From positions 3,100,001 to 3,164,000 of the forward strand of contig OY986947.1 of the NCBI GenBank assembly GCA_963920595.1: DNA of 64,000 nucleotides, given 5' to 3'. The notes beneath the pieces were generated by a model. It had not been told where the DNA came from and did not search any database. It saw only the letters and a program-made list of their open reading frames with translations. Position numbers and translations under genes: made by a program. Shown here in pieces: positions 26,906 through 41,077 of the stretch; within the stretch, counting starts at the first letter, position 1, and every line of letters begins with the position of its first letter. Source of the stretch: Eimeria praecox (lineage: Eukaryota).

Positions 26906-27586
26906 AGCAGCAGCAGCAACTTGAACGTATTTCTACGAAATTGCTACAGCTGTATATTTGTTTCTTTCCTTTCTATCTAGAAATAGATAGATATTTCTAT
27001 CGATTTAAAAATACTTCAACTCGGATGGCTAGCTAGCTAGCTAGCTAGCTACTTGGCTGGCTGGCTAGCTAGCTAGCTGGCTAGCTACTTGGCTGGCTGG
27101 CTAGCTAGCTAGCTGGCTAGTTAGCTAGCTGGCTAGCTGACCGGTTATTGGTCTGCTTGCTTATTTAGTCGCTTGGTGGTTTGTGTATTTGTTCATGTGT
27201 TTGTTTGTTTATAATTTTTCCCGTTTGTTTGTTTATATTCTTGTCTTTTCGATTGTGTATATTATTTTGTTTGTTTGTTTACTTGTTTGTATGTCTATTC
27301 ATTATTTAGTTTATTTGCTTGTTTCTTTGATTATTTGTTTGTTCGTTTATTTCTTTATTTGTTTATTTGTTTGTTTGTTTGTTTTGAAAAAAGAAGAAAT
27401 ACTAAAATTGCTTTGAGTGTAATCTATATCGTTTCTTCTTCTTTATCTCTCTTTCTTTCCTCTCTCTATCAGCCTCTGTCTCTATCTCTATCTTTCTGTT
27501 TGTCTCTCTCTCTCTCACGCTCAGTTTCTCGCTCTCTCTCTGTTTCTTACTCATTCTCTGTCTCTCTCTGTTTCTCTCTCTGTCTT

Positions 27587-27666
<80 letters not shown>

Positions 27667-29239
27667 TCTCTCTTTAAGTTTGTTTTTGTTTGTATATTTG
27701 TGTTTGTCTTTGTCTTTGTATTTGTCTTTCTCTTTGTCTGTGTCTTCTTGTTTGTGTTTGTTGTTGTCTTTGTCTTTGTTATTTCTTGTCTTTGTGTCAT
27801 TGCGTTTATTTATTTGTTTGTTTCTTTTCAGTTCCTTCAAAGCTAGCTTCTGACGTCTACCCTTCTCCCTCTTTGTTTATTTATTTGTTTATTTGTTTGT
27901 TTGTTTGTTTCTTACTACATTTGTTTATTTATTCGCCTGTTTGCTTGTTTGTGTATTTCTTTCGTTTTCTCTACAACTATTTGTCTGCCTGTTTGTTTGT
28001 TTGCTTGTTTGTTTCTTTCTTTCTCTGTTCCTATATACTTATTTATTTATTTGTTTATTTTTTCCTTTTGTTGGTTTGCCTGCATTGATTTGTTTATTTG
28101 TATTTGTTTGTTAGTTATTTTCAACTGTGTTTTATTTGTATTTGTTTGTGTATTTGTAATTCTTTGTTTGTTTGCTTGTTTATTTATTCGTCTCTATTTG
28201 TTTAGATGCGTCTACTTGCTTCTCTAAGCAACTTGGTTAGTTGAATAGTAATATCTACCACAATTAATTAATTAATTAATTAATTAATTAATTAATTATG
28301 CTAGTAATATGTTTACTAACCTAATTAGTTAATTAATTAATATTAATTTGATTGTTCTATCGATCAATTGTTTGCTTAAATGACTGAATAATTAATTAAC
28401 TAATTAATTAAATAATAATTAATTAATTAGTTAATTAATTAATTAATTAATTAATTAATTAATTAACTAATTAATTAAATAATAATTAATTAATTAATTA
28501 ATTAATTAATTAATTAATTAATTAATTAATTAACTAATTAATTAAATAATAATTAATTAATTAATTAATTAATTAATTAATTAATTAATTAATTAATTAG
28601 TTAACTAATTTATAATTAATCGATTTAACGATTAATTGTTCAGCTAAATGATCAATTAATCAATTAACTAGCTGATTTATTTATTGGTAAATAAATAAAT
28701 AATATATTTACTTATAAATAAATAAATAAACAAATAAATAAACAAATAAATAAATTAATTAATTAAGTAAATAATTAGCTACACAATTTATTAAGCAATT
28801 AGTAAATCAGTCAATTTAGTTGATTGATTAATTACTTCAATTAATTATTTATCGATTAATTAACTAATTACTTGATGAACTAATTAATTAACTACTTAAC
28901 TAATTAATTAATTAATTAACTAATGAACTAGTAAATAAATTATATAAATAAATACATAAATAAATAAATAAATAAATAAATAAATTAATTAATTAATTAA
29001 TTATTAAATAACATTGTTAATAGATATTCTTACTTAGTAAATAAATTATACAAATAAATAAATACATAAATAAATAAATAAATAAATTAATTAATTAATT
29101 ATTAAATAACATTGTTAATAGATATTCTTACTTTGTGTACTGCGAGGTGAACAGGCGCATAAGCTCCTTTTCCTATGAGGGGCCCGAGCGTAAAATGTTG
29201 ATTAAATTTACTTCTTTCACCTTCGCCTGGGATTGAGTT
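23743..29239 (-). CDS. Ser/Thr protein kinase, CAMK group (SNF1/AMPK/MARK-like); kinase-domain exons 29239-29132, 26826-26478, 25570-25363, 23846-23743; further 5' exons (~31.2-33.1 kb) and 3' exons (~21.9-23.4 kb) probable but unresolved
   Basis: Motifs in order: IGKGAYAPV, VAVK, REVQIM, HRDLKLENLL, RVRLIDFG, CGTPSYMPPE, ADMWSLGVVLYAMLHGCYPF, LLQGLLLLNPE. Phases are consistent, with one GC-AG intron. Confidence 0.93.
23856..23978 (+). repeat. Internal telomere-like (AAACCCT)n, degenerate
   Basis: AAACCCT units and variants inside a kinase intron, adjoining the acceptor at 23847. Confidence 0.93.
24490..25340. repeat. Compound (CAT)n/(GAT)n trinucleotide array in kinase intron
   Basis: About 850 bp made almost entirely of in-phase CAT, GAT, CAC and GGT triplets. 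Confidence 0.95.
25663..26225. repeat. (TAGC)n / AGCT self-complementary tetranucleotide array
   Basis: Dense AGCTAGCT runs in a kinase intron. The same repeat occurs at 27027-27140 and 63503-63943. Confidence 0.9.
28262..29105. repeat. (TAAT)n / (TAAA)n array
   Basis: Long AATTAATT and AAAT runs in a kinase intron. Confidence 0.92.
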
Positions 29240-29249
29240 CTGCAGCAAT

Positions 29250-29830
29250 AAGAATAGTAAGAAGAATAGTAATTAGAATAATAAGAGTAGTAATAAGAAG
29301 AGTTAGTAAAATAGTAATAGTAATAATTATTATAATAATAAGAATAATAAGAATAAGAATAGGAATAATAATACTAATAAGATTAGTAATAAGAATAGCA
29401 GTAGTAATAATAATAATAATACTAATAATAATAGTAATAATAATAATAAGAAGAATAAGAATAGTAATGGTAATAATACTAATAATAATAGTAATAATAA
29501 TAATAATAGTAATAATAGTAGTAATAATAATAATAGTAATAATAGTAGTAAGAATAATAGTAGTAAGAATAGTAATAATAATAGTAATAATAATACTAAT
29601 AATACTACTAATAGTAATAGTAATAATAATAGTAATAATAATAAATATTAGTAGTAATAATAATAGTAATAATAATAATAAGAATAGGGAGAATAGTAAT
29701 ATAATAATAGTAATAGTAGTAGTATTAATACTTATTGTTATAGAGATAATAATAATAATTACAACAATAATAATAAAAACAACCATAAAAAAAACAAGTA
29801 CGAGTAGTAATGAGGATAATAATAATACTA
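29250..29830. repeat. (AAT/AGT/AAG)n trinucleotide array
   Basis: In-phase TAA/TAG/GAA triplets next to the kinase exon acceptor at 29240. Confidence 0.9.
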
Positions 29831-30147
29831 ACAAACATAAAAACAACAACAATAATAAAAGTAATACAGACAAATACAAAACATACAAGTAATACAAACC
29901 ATAGAAAACAAAAACAGAAACAACAAACAGAACAATATACATGCATCAGGAAAGACACAACACAGACGCATAACAGCAGCAGCACCAACAGCAGCACCAA
30001 CAGCAGCACCAACAGCAGCAGCAGCAGCAGCAGCACCAACAGCAGCACCAACAGCAGCACCAAAAGCAGCAGCAGCAGCACCAACAGCAGCACCAAAAGC
30101 AGCAGCCCCAACAGCAGCACCAACAGCAGCCCCAACAGCAGCACCAA

Positions 30148-30182
<35 letters not shown>

Positions 30183-30670
30183 GCATGTACATCTGCATGG
30201 ACTATACAAGGGAGTAATAGAAGACAAGATCTACACAATTCTCTCAGCTATAAACAAAGAAGAGAAAACATAACTCCTGCTTTTATTTGTTGTTTCTGGT
30301 TTGTTTGTTTTTGTTTCTTTCTTTCTGTCTTTCCTCTTTGTTTATCTTTCTCTCTTTTTGTTTTTATATTTTATTATATATATATATATATATTTGTGTG
30401 TGTCTATCTATCTGTTTATCTTCCTGCTTTCTTTGTATTTTCTTCTGTTTGTCTGTCTTTGTGTTTTCTGCTGTCTTTGTTGTATCTAAATATAAATCTG
30501 TCTGTCTTTGTGCTGCTTCATGTATTAAAAGATATATCTTCTCTCTTTGCGTAGATACACCTGACTGTCTATACACCTCAGCCAACACCAACAGCACGGC
30601 CTACAGACACCGCCCTTCTAGTAGTTAAAGAAGCAGAAAACTAAAATCTCTCTCTCTCTCTTTCTCTCTT

Positions 30671-30764
<94 letters not shown>

Positions 30765-30953
30765 AATCTATTTCTACATTTATATATCGATATCTACATC
30801 TACATCTACAGCTATACCTATATATCTATATCTACATCTATATCTACCCTCTCGCTCTCCCCCAAGATATCTATATCTATATCTATATATCTATATATAT
30901 CTATATATCTATATCTATATCTATAGCTATATCTATAGCTATATATATATCTA

Positions 30954-31219
<266 letters not shown>

Positions 31220-31653
31220 TGCGTACTAGAGGTAAATTGTTGGGTGTAGCGTTCCATAGAGTAGCGTTTAATTTGTTTGTATTTTCATTTGTGGCGTTTT
31301 TGGTTTTTTCTTGAGAATCCTGAGCTTTACAAGAAGGTAAGAATAACTCCTTTTCATCAGATACGCCCTTTAACACCTTCACTCCATCACCATACACCAC
31401 ACAACCTCCTCCTTCCTTCGTACCCTCCACACTGAGAGCAAACAACACAAATTACAAACATGTATGCACGCATCCATGCATGCAGCAGCTGCAGCTATAT
31501 ATATATATATAATTGTTGTTGTTGCTGCTGTTGTTGTTGTCTTCTTTGTAGAGAGAAATGCAGCAGAGTGCATTGAGCTAGTTAAACCCGAGAACGGGAT
31601 AGTCAACGGCTAGCTGCTCGCTAGACATTCAGACAGCACTTCCTGAAGAAGGA

Positions 31654-31708
<55 letters not shown>

Positions 31709-33111
31709 CTGGTTGCGTATTTCTTGGATTATGGGTTTAACAAAGATGCATAAGACAACACTAGCAGAGTTGTCGTCCCATGCAGGGGGGAAGGAACAGC
31801 AGGCTGATGTTTCGTATTGATCGAGACACTGTCTTGTATTGCTGAGGTGTATAGGCAGCTGCAGACGTGTACTGCTGGGGTGTACAGACAGCCCTCACTT
31901 TGCTTCGGGGGGCGCCGGAGGAACGTCATCGGCGTCATTCTGAGGGGTAGAAAGAACAAACGCTTGCGCAGCGACAGTCCCTAGAAGACTGCGGTGTACG
32001 TACAGCTACTTTGAGATAGACACACTAGAAGGTGTACATACACTGCAGATAATCTAGCTGCATGCGTGTGCACGGGAGACGGCTCTCTAAGCAACTTGGA
32101 GTGCTTCTGGCGTTTGTCTACAGAAAACTAGATGAATAATGAGTACAGTGCAAATAATGTAGTATATATTGAAGCAATTTATTCAGATTTGAGCTGCTGG
32201 TTGAGCTGGAGCTGCCTATACACTCCAATCCAGGGTCACTACCACTCGCGGGCTGGGGTGTCTGTACAGCTGTTGCTGAGGTGTACGTTATCTAAATTAT
32301 CAGATCCTCGTTTTAAATTATATTCAAATGCTGAGAATCTTTTATTTATTAAATATTTTTCTTCTTCTCTGGGGAAAGCATTCGTTAGCAGCAGCCCGGG
32401 CCCCCACAGAGCAGCAGTAGCCTGCTGTTGCATGTACACTTGTTTGCTGCCGCTACTAAGAAAGCTGAATAAATTATTATTTGGCTGACAGGTTGATGCA
32501 AAGAGAAGAGGAAAATACAGAAATTACCATTGTATTTCGCAATACAATCCTCCTTGGAGAGAAGAAAATGGATAGAAAGCTAAACAGCCGCTCAGCTGTC
32601 TGTACACCTGAGCACAGGAGCTGCTCGCCCAGCTGTCAGCGGCCCTCCTTCAAGGCATCCTTTAGAGATATTTGGGGCTTTTCTTTTCATTTATTGCATA
32701 TTTCCGTTTTTATTTTCCCTCAGGTTTTTAGTTCGCATGCAGGTGCAGCGCACAGACACCTCAGCTCTAGAGCTGCAGCCGCTAGCGCACCTCCACGGCT
32801 GCTGTTGCTGCCTTTTTCTGCTTTCTTCTCCTTAATACTCCTTATTAATATATTTACCCTTGCGTGTTGAAACAACCAAGTCCAATTACCTGCTGAAGCA
32901 CACCAAACACAGCAGAATATGCTACGCTGCATGCAGCATGTTTAAAACACAATAAAACGAAGAGAAAGATACGCTGACACATTCTCTTGTTGAAAAACAT
33001 AGACGAGGTGTACAGACAGCTACTGAGGGTTGCAGCATCTTGCCCAGGTGTCTGTGCTACTTCAATATGAAGGAGAATCATTTAATTAGAATGAATAACA
33101 ACAAGCTGCAT

Positions 33112-33188
<77 letters not shown>

Positions 33189-33775
33189 GTATTATTTGCT
33201 ATAAAGAAAACATAAAATAATAAAGAGCATACGTATTGTTTATCTTTACATAAGAATGATATATAATCCATTAGTTGTATTCTGTCTCTCGTTTGTCTCT
33301 TCCCCTCCTATTTATTTTCTTTTTCGATGTCTTTCTCTTGTCTCTGTTTCTCTTGTTTAATTTATTATTAATTATTTTAATTTGTCTCTCTCTCTCTCTC
33401 TCTCGTATTATTTTGTTTACTCGATGTTATATTCTCTACTTGCATTCTAACAGAGAAGAAGTATTTGATTCTGTGTTATTCGTTGAAGGACAACAAAAAC
33501 ATTAAACTTAAATGAAATAAAATATTTCTAGGCAAAACAACCAACGAAAAAGATGCAGGCAATCGATTTGTCTGTCAACTCTTGAGGTGTATATACACCT
33601 CAGATGTGCTCCCCTAAGTCCCCAACCCCTCAGCACTTCTTCAGGTGTACGTACACCTCAATGCTGTGCAGCAGGCCTTCCGACTGTGGCGGAGCAGCAT
33701 GAAGTAATGTGCTTATAGCATCTGTAGGATGTATACAAAGAGATAGAAATGCAGATAACATCAATAACATGTAAA

Positions 33776-33869
<94 letters not shown>

Positions 33870-33888
33870 GTCTGTATCTCTCTCTCTC

Positions 33889-33983
<95 letters not shown>

Positions 33984-34220
33984 TTGTGCGTGTTTATGTG
34001 GCTGAGTTTCATGTATGCAAATTTGTGTTTAATTTTCACCTTCCAGCAAAAACAGAAAATTATCTGTGAAGTTAAGAAAATATATTTAGTGTTTCAATCT
34101 ATTTTAGATTTTGTAAATCTATTTTATATTTTATAAATATATTTTTTATTTTATTTAGAAACATGTTTAATAATACTACGTCTAATCACGTGTTCAACGA
34201 TATGCTTAATAGAGTATACA

Positions 34221-34276
<56 letters not shown>

Positions 34277-34430
34277 GCATACATAACACAGAGCGACAGA
34301 TACTCTACGCCTATATATTACAATTAAACTACACACTACCTAAATAAAATATTTCTAAAATATTTCTGTAATATATATAACTGCTGTATTTACCTATCTA
34401 TACCTACAGACGTATACATTCACACATCCG

Positions 34431-34519
<89 letters not shown>

Positions 34520-34619
34520 AGGTAAGCTCAGACCGCTCGTCGTATACACCTTCATTGCATTGCTTTCCTTGTCTACAGAGCTCTAGAAATATAACTATAT
34601 TACTATATAACTATATATA

Positions 34620-34661
<42 letters not shown>

Positions 34662-34737
34662 TACCTATATATCTATATCCATATCCATATCTATAGCTAT
34701 ATCTATCTATCTATATCTATATATCTATATCTATCTA

Positions 34738-34819
<82 letters not shown>

Positions 34820-34947
34820 AGTAACCTCCCACCATAATATAATAATAAAATTTACACAGCAAAATGATAAATTAGCTGCCTTCAAGCGCGTTGTTATTTA
34901 TGGGCTGCAAACTCTCGAGGAGACAGCCGCCATCTTTGTTTTCTTCT

Positions 34948-34993
34948 AAACCCTAGATTAGGGTTTAGGGTTTCATCTTAGGGTTTAGGGTTT
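34948..34993. repeat. Internal telomere-like TTTAGGG/AAACCCT units
   Basis: One AAACCCT unit followed by several TTAGGG/TTTAGGG units. Confidence 0.85.
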
Positions 34994-35666
34994 GATCCTA
35001 TAAGAGATAACAAACCCTACAAAACCAACCACTATGTCTTCGCCACGCAGATTACCGAATAATACAGCATGTGGGGCAGCAGCAGCAGCAGCACCAGCAC
35101 CAGCAGCAGCAAACATAGCAGCACCAGCAGCAGCTGTTGCTGTTGCTGTTGCTGTTGTTGCTTCTGCTGTTGCTGCTGCTGCTGCTATTGCTGCTGCTGT
35201 TGCCCTACCCTGCCGGTTTCTGCTGCTGCTACGCCTACGGAGACAAACGCGCCTACGCAGCAGCAGCAGCAAACACAGCAGCAGCAGCAGCAGCAACAGC
35301 TTCTTCTTTTGGGGCTGCATGCACTTTCGCATGCAGCCCCAAACTCGCATGCATGCGCGCATGCAGGACTTCAACAGAAGCCCTACGTACTCGCACGCAT
35401 GCAGACAGACAAACAACAAACCCCTATGCTCTCTGCAGCTGTCCTGATATCCCACGGCAGCAGCAGCAGCAGCTGCTGCTGCTGCTGCTGTTGCGGCTGT
35501 TGCTGCTGCTGCTCCTGCTGCTCCTGCTGCACGTAGCAGTAGCAGCAGCAGCAGCAGCAACAGCAACAGCAGCAACAGCAGCTTCTCAATCAGACATTGC
35601 ATATCTCACAGGGGTCTTCCCCTCAACACCGCCCCCACACTAACTTCTCCTACAGCCCCAGGCCAA

Positions 35667-35718
<52 letters not shown>

Positions 35719-36314
35719 GCTGCTGCTGCTCCTAATTTCTATAGCCCCCAGGCTGATGATGGCATCACCCTCCGTCGGTCTCCCGCTGCTGCTGCTGCTG
35801 CTGCTGCTGCTTTAGCTGCTGCTGCTTCTTCTTCTGCTGCTGCTGCTGCAAGTGCTGCAGCTGTCTCTGCCCCTGTCTTCTCTCGCATCAATGAAGACGT
35901 TTGCGATACAGCTGGCGGCATCAGAAAGTGCGGTTGGATTGCTGCTGCTGCTGCTGCTGCTGCAGCTGCTGCAGCTGCTGCTGGAGCTGCTGCTAAACGA
36001 CTACTACTACTGCTACTGCTGCTTTTGCTGGTGCTGCAGCGGCTTCTCGTGTTGCTGCTGCTGCTTCCGCTAGTGCTGCTGCTGCTGCTTTTCGTAGTTG
36101 TTGCTGCTGCTGTTTGCTGCTGCTGCTGTTTGCTAGTACACCCCGCATTCCCTCTTGCTTGCTGCTGCATTCCTGCAGACCACAAGAGTTCCCTGTTGCA
36201 GCCTCAGCAGCAGCAGCTGTTGCTGCAGCAGCAGCAACAGCAACAGCAGCAGCAACAGGAGGCAGCAGCAGCAGCAGGAGGAGGACCCGGCTTTGCTGCT
36301 TCTACAGGATCATC

Positions 36315-36726
36315 TTAATGATGAGATTCGGCAGCTGTTGCCTGCGAGGTAACATCGCTGCTTCCTGCCTTTGCATGTTTATGATGGGGCCGACTATCAT
36401 CGGACATATCTTCTTCTTCTTCCTCTTCATCTTCTGTTTGTACTAATTTACTTCTCATACCGAAGAAAAGACTAACAAATAAAACAATAACAGCAAGTGT
36501 TAGATATCTTCCTTTCGTTAATTGATTGGTACTACCTGCTCCTGCTCTAATACTTCTTTTTGTGGTGTACAGACGTTTCGTTGTTCTTGGTCTGTCCTCA
36601 TCCTTCCGTAAAAGCGAATCTGCATTTATAAAATCATCTTCATGCTCTTCTCCTTCTGCTGCTGCTTCTTCTGCATTACTTCCATCCCCCTCATGAGGCT
36701 TATCAGCATCAGCTTCCTCCTCCTCT

Positions 36727-36776
<50 letters not shown>

Positions 36777-36902
36777 TTCCAGCACCACTGCAGCATCCTC
36801 TGGCGCCTCAGCAGCTAATGCAGGCGTCACATCTCTGCTGCTATTAAATAAAATAAATAAAAGAAATAGAAGAAAAACCCTAAACGAGTACAATAGCTGC
36901 AT
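36315..36902 (-). CDS. Hypothetical secreted single-pass membrane protein (195 aa), dense-granule-like topology
   Basis: Single exon. It has an N-terminal signal peptide (MQLLYSFRVFLLFLLFILF), an acidic region, a TM helix (YLTLAVIVLFVSLFFGM) and an acidic/His tail. Much of the coding sequence is non-repetitive. Confidence 0.72.
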
Positions 36903-36947
36903 CGTAGACTGCAAAGAGTCCGCCACTGAGTGTGGGAGAGGAGAGGG

Positions 36948-37008
<61 letters not shown>

Positions 37009-37086
37009 AACACAAAAAGAGTATATATCTCTACCGTCTAAACAAATAAGCAAAACAAACAAAAGAAAAGAAAGGACAAGCACTAG

Positions 37087-37117
<31 letters not shown>

Positions 37118-37742
37118 TCAGCAGCAGCAGCAGCAGCCTCCTGCGCCCAACCCGCTGCAGCAGCAGCAGCAATCAAAGGAAGAACAAAAGCAACAAAAAT
37201 ATACAACAGAAGATTCAAAAGTAGATTATTTTATATTCAAATAAATTATAACGTAATTATAAACAGCTTCTAAACACTAAACTCAAATCTTCTGCTGCTG
37301 TTACCTCGCCCCCACTCTCCCTCCCCTGGCCTTTGCTGCTCCTGTTGCTGTCGCTCCTGCATGCATGTAGCTGCAGCAATCCTGTATCTCTTGCTGCTCT
37401 TATTATGAATAGATAAATTAATTTAAGATATACAACAAGAAAAACAAACAAACAATTTAATTCAAAACAATTATACTTTGTAGTTTATATACATCATACC
37501 TCCTGCTTCACAGCACCGCAGCAGCAGCAGCAAGCGCCAGCCGCAGCGAGCGTTGCTGCTGCCCGATAGCAGTAGATGTATAAATATATTCACAATTTAT
37601 TCAATTATAAACATAAATAATTATTTATTTATATTCTTCTCGATAAAACAAACACTGTCGTCCCATTTAGTATACCGTACGACCCCCACGGGCTCCCTGT
37701 GCGCGTTGCTGCTGCTGCAGCAGAATCAGCTCCAGGAGCAGT

Positions 37743-37785
<43 letters not shown>

Positions 37786-38434
37786 GCTGCTGCTGCTGCT
37801 GTTGCTGTATCGGCGCTTCATATCCACACATATAGAGAAAACTAACCCTTGTATTAATCAAATTATATATATTAAAAGCCCTTGACTCCATACAAAACAT
37901 AGTATACGCTAAACCTGCTGTGGCTGCTGCAGCCGCACTCTCTCGCTAGCAAGGGTGTAGGGGTTTATACAGCAACAGCAACAAAAACCAAGCCTATCAA
38001 ACAACACAGGCCCAGGCTGCTTCTCTGCAGCAGCTGACGCTCCCAAGCAGCAGCAGCAGCTGCTGCTGCTTGCTGCAGTAGCTGCAGTAGCTGCAGTAGC
38101 AGTAAGCAGCAGTTGGCGTTGCAGCAGCAGCAGCTGCTATCTTGCATAGCTCGTGCTGCTGCTGCTGCTGCTACAACAGCAGCAGCAGCTGTAGCAACAG
38201 ATGCAGCAGCTGCAGCTGCTGCTGCTGTGATGCCTATGTCAGACAAGCCAGTTTTCTTAAAAGGAGACAAATATATAAATATATATAATATATATAATAT
38301 AAATATTATATTATATAATTATATAATATAAAATTATATAATATATATATATATATATATTATATAAAAAAAAGTATAAAAAAAAAACGAAGAGGGGATC
38401 TGTATCTGCTGCTGCATGCAACGAACTCTAAAGG

Positions 38435-38469
38435 ATGGCATGGCAATACAAGGGGACTACGCTGCTGCC

Positions 38470-38501
<32 letters not shown>

Positions 38502-38699
38502 AGCAGCAGCATATTACCTGTGGCATAGAGCTACAGAGGAATCGTGATGAAGGTAAGAAGTGCATGCATTTGGGGCTTTCTTAAATGCAAACTGCATGCA
38601 TGCACCTGATGATGTCTTGTTGTTTCTTTTGTCTCTCTTATTATTGTTGCTGTTTTCTTTCTTTATCTTTCTTTCTCTCTGTCCCTCTCTCTCTCTCTG

Positions 38700-38798
<99 letters not shown>

Positions 38799-39069
38799 TC
38801 TTCTCTCCTTCTATCTAATTCGTTTTATTTGTATATCTACAAAATAAAAACAGAGAAGAGAGAGCAGAAACACAAAGTAAAGTGCTGATGATATCAAAAC
38901 TATGATATATTAAACAAACACAAATAATGAAGGAGACAGCGAAATATTTATAAAAATAAAAACAAATAAATATAAAACAAACTCAAATCATGATGCAGAC
39001 AGATAAAAAATATTTGTAAAAAAAATAAATAAATAATAATTAACAACATATTATGAGGGAGGCAACGAA

Positions 39070-39135
<66 letters not shown>

Positions 39136-39315
39136 AAAGATAAATAAAAAAATAACAAAAACAAATACGAATAGACACAAAAATAGACAGAGACAAAAAT
39201 AAATTATAAAACAAACACACGCGAGAAATAAAAACAGAAACAAAACAAAGAAGAAAGAAAGATAAATATAAACAAATACAAACACCTACAGCACAGCGTC
39301 AAACAAATACAAATA

Positions 39316-39379
<64 letters not shown>

Positions 39380-39893
39380 GAGGGACAGAGACAGACAGAG
39401 AGAAAGAGAGACAGAGAGAGATAAAGACAAAGAGAAGGAGCGACAAATAATACAAATAAAGAAGAAGACAAAGACAGAACACTAAGTCCAAATACAAAGA
39501 AAGAAACAGAAAGAGACAGAAATAGAGAGAGAGACATAAATTAAAACAAACATAAAACAAAACAAACAAACAGACAACCAGAAACCCTGGAATACAGACA
39601 AAGACAGAAAGAGAAAGACAGAGACAGAGAGACAGAGACAGAGAGACAGAGACAGAGAGACAGAGACAGAGAGACAGAGACAGAGAGACAGAGAAGGAGA
39701 CAGAAACACTTATACAAGCATGCATGCATGCATATATGAATATATATATATATATATATATATAGACAGAAGAGAGAAGCAAACCTATAAGAAGAAAAGA
39801 AGAAAAAATATATAAAGATAAACACTGCGCAGACTGATAGGAAGGAGACAGATAGAAGGCAGAATAATCCTCATAAACTCCTGCTGCTGCTGT

Positions 39894-39940
<47 letters not shown>

Positions 39941-40109
39941 CTGTTGCTGTTGCTGTAGAATGTGTACAAGGGAAGGCGTCCGCTGCGGAGCTCGATCCTT
40001 CTGCTGCTGCTGCTGCTGCTGCAGCAGCAGCAGCAGCAGGCCACGCTGCAGCAGACATTGAAGGAGAGACAATAGAGACTGATACCCCACAGACCCCCTC
40101 AGCCTCTAC

Positions 40110-40145
<36 letters not shown>

Positions 40146-41036
40146 TGGGGACGTTGCAGGGCAGAATTCAGTACAACAAATTGAAGCAGCAAATAACACA
40201 GCAGGAGACAAATCGATAGACGGAGACATCCAAGCTGAAGATACACCTCAAGGTGTGCAGCAAAGAGGCCCCAACCATCCCGCAGCAGAAGCAGCAGCAG
40301 CAACCGAAGCAACAGCCCCAGCAGCAGCAGGAGCAGCAGCAGCAACAACCGAAGCAACAGCACCAGCAGCAGCAGAAGCAGCAGCAGCAACAACCGAAGC
40401 AACAGCACCAGCAGCAGCAGGAGCAGCAGAAGCAGCAACCGAAGCAACAGCTCCAGCAGCAGCAGCAACCGAAGCAACAGCTCCAGCAGCAGCAGCAGCA
40501 GCAGCAGAATCAGACGGAGCAGCAGAAGCTGATGCTGAGGAGACAGCTGGAGAGGCTGTGGATTTGAGTGGGAGTTGTTTTGCGTTGAATAGGATGATTA
40601 AAGGAGGAACAACAGCAGCAGCAGCAACAGCAGCAGCAGCAACAACAGCTGCAGCAACAGCAACAACAGGAGCAGCAACAACAGCAGCAAGAGCAACAAC
40701 AGCAGCAACAGCAACACCAACAGCAACAGCAACAACAGCAAAAGACTGCCAGATATCTTGTTTGAATAACCCCCGCTGCACGCACTTTGCCTACGCACTG
40801 TCTCCTTCTCTGTCTCCTTTTGTCTCTCTTTGTAAACACTTCTTAACCCCCGAAAACAGCAGCAACACCACAGAGATAACTCCTTTGTTCTATTACCATG
40901 ATACAGCTCTAGCAGCTACTGCTGAATGTAGAATACCTGGAGAGCTTCAGGTATATCCTAAAGCCTTTACAAATGAAACAGCAGCAAGAATATCTGCTGC
41001 TGATCCTGTTGAAGCAAATACACAAACTCAAAATAG

Positions 41037-41077
<41 letters not shown>

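Noticed and set aside
29217..29942. Long Ile/Val-rich ORFs resembling membrane proteins
   Set aside because: They are translations of the intronic AAT/AGT microsatellite.
31237..33081. Exon-like segments (31237-31430, 31900-31980, 32288-32368, 32528-32579) upstream of the kinase domain
   Set aside because: They are plausible N-terminal exons but have no recognisable domain or confident chain of junctions.
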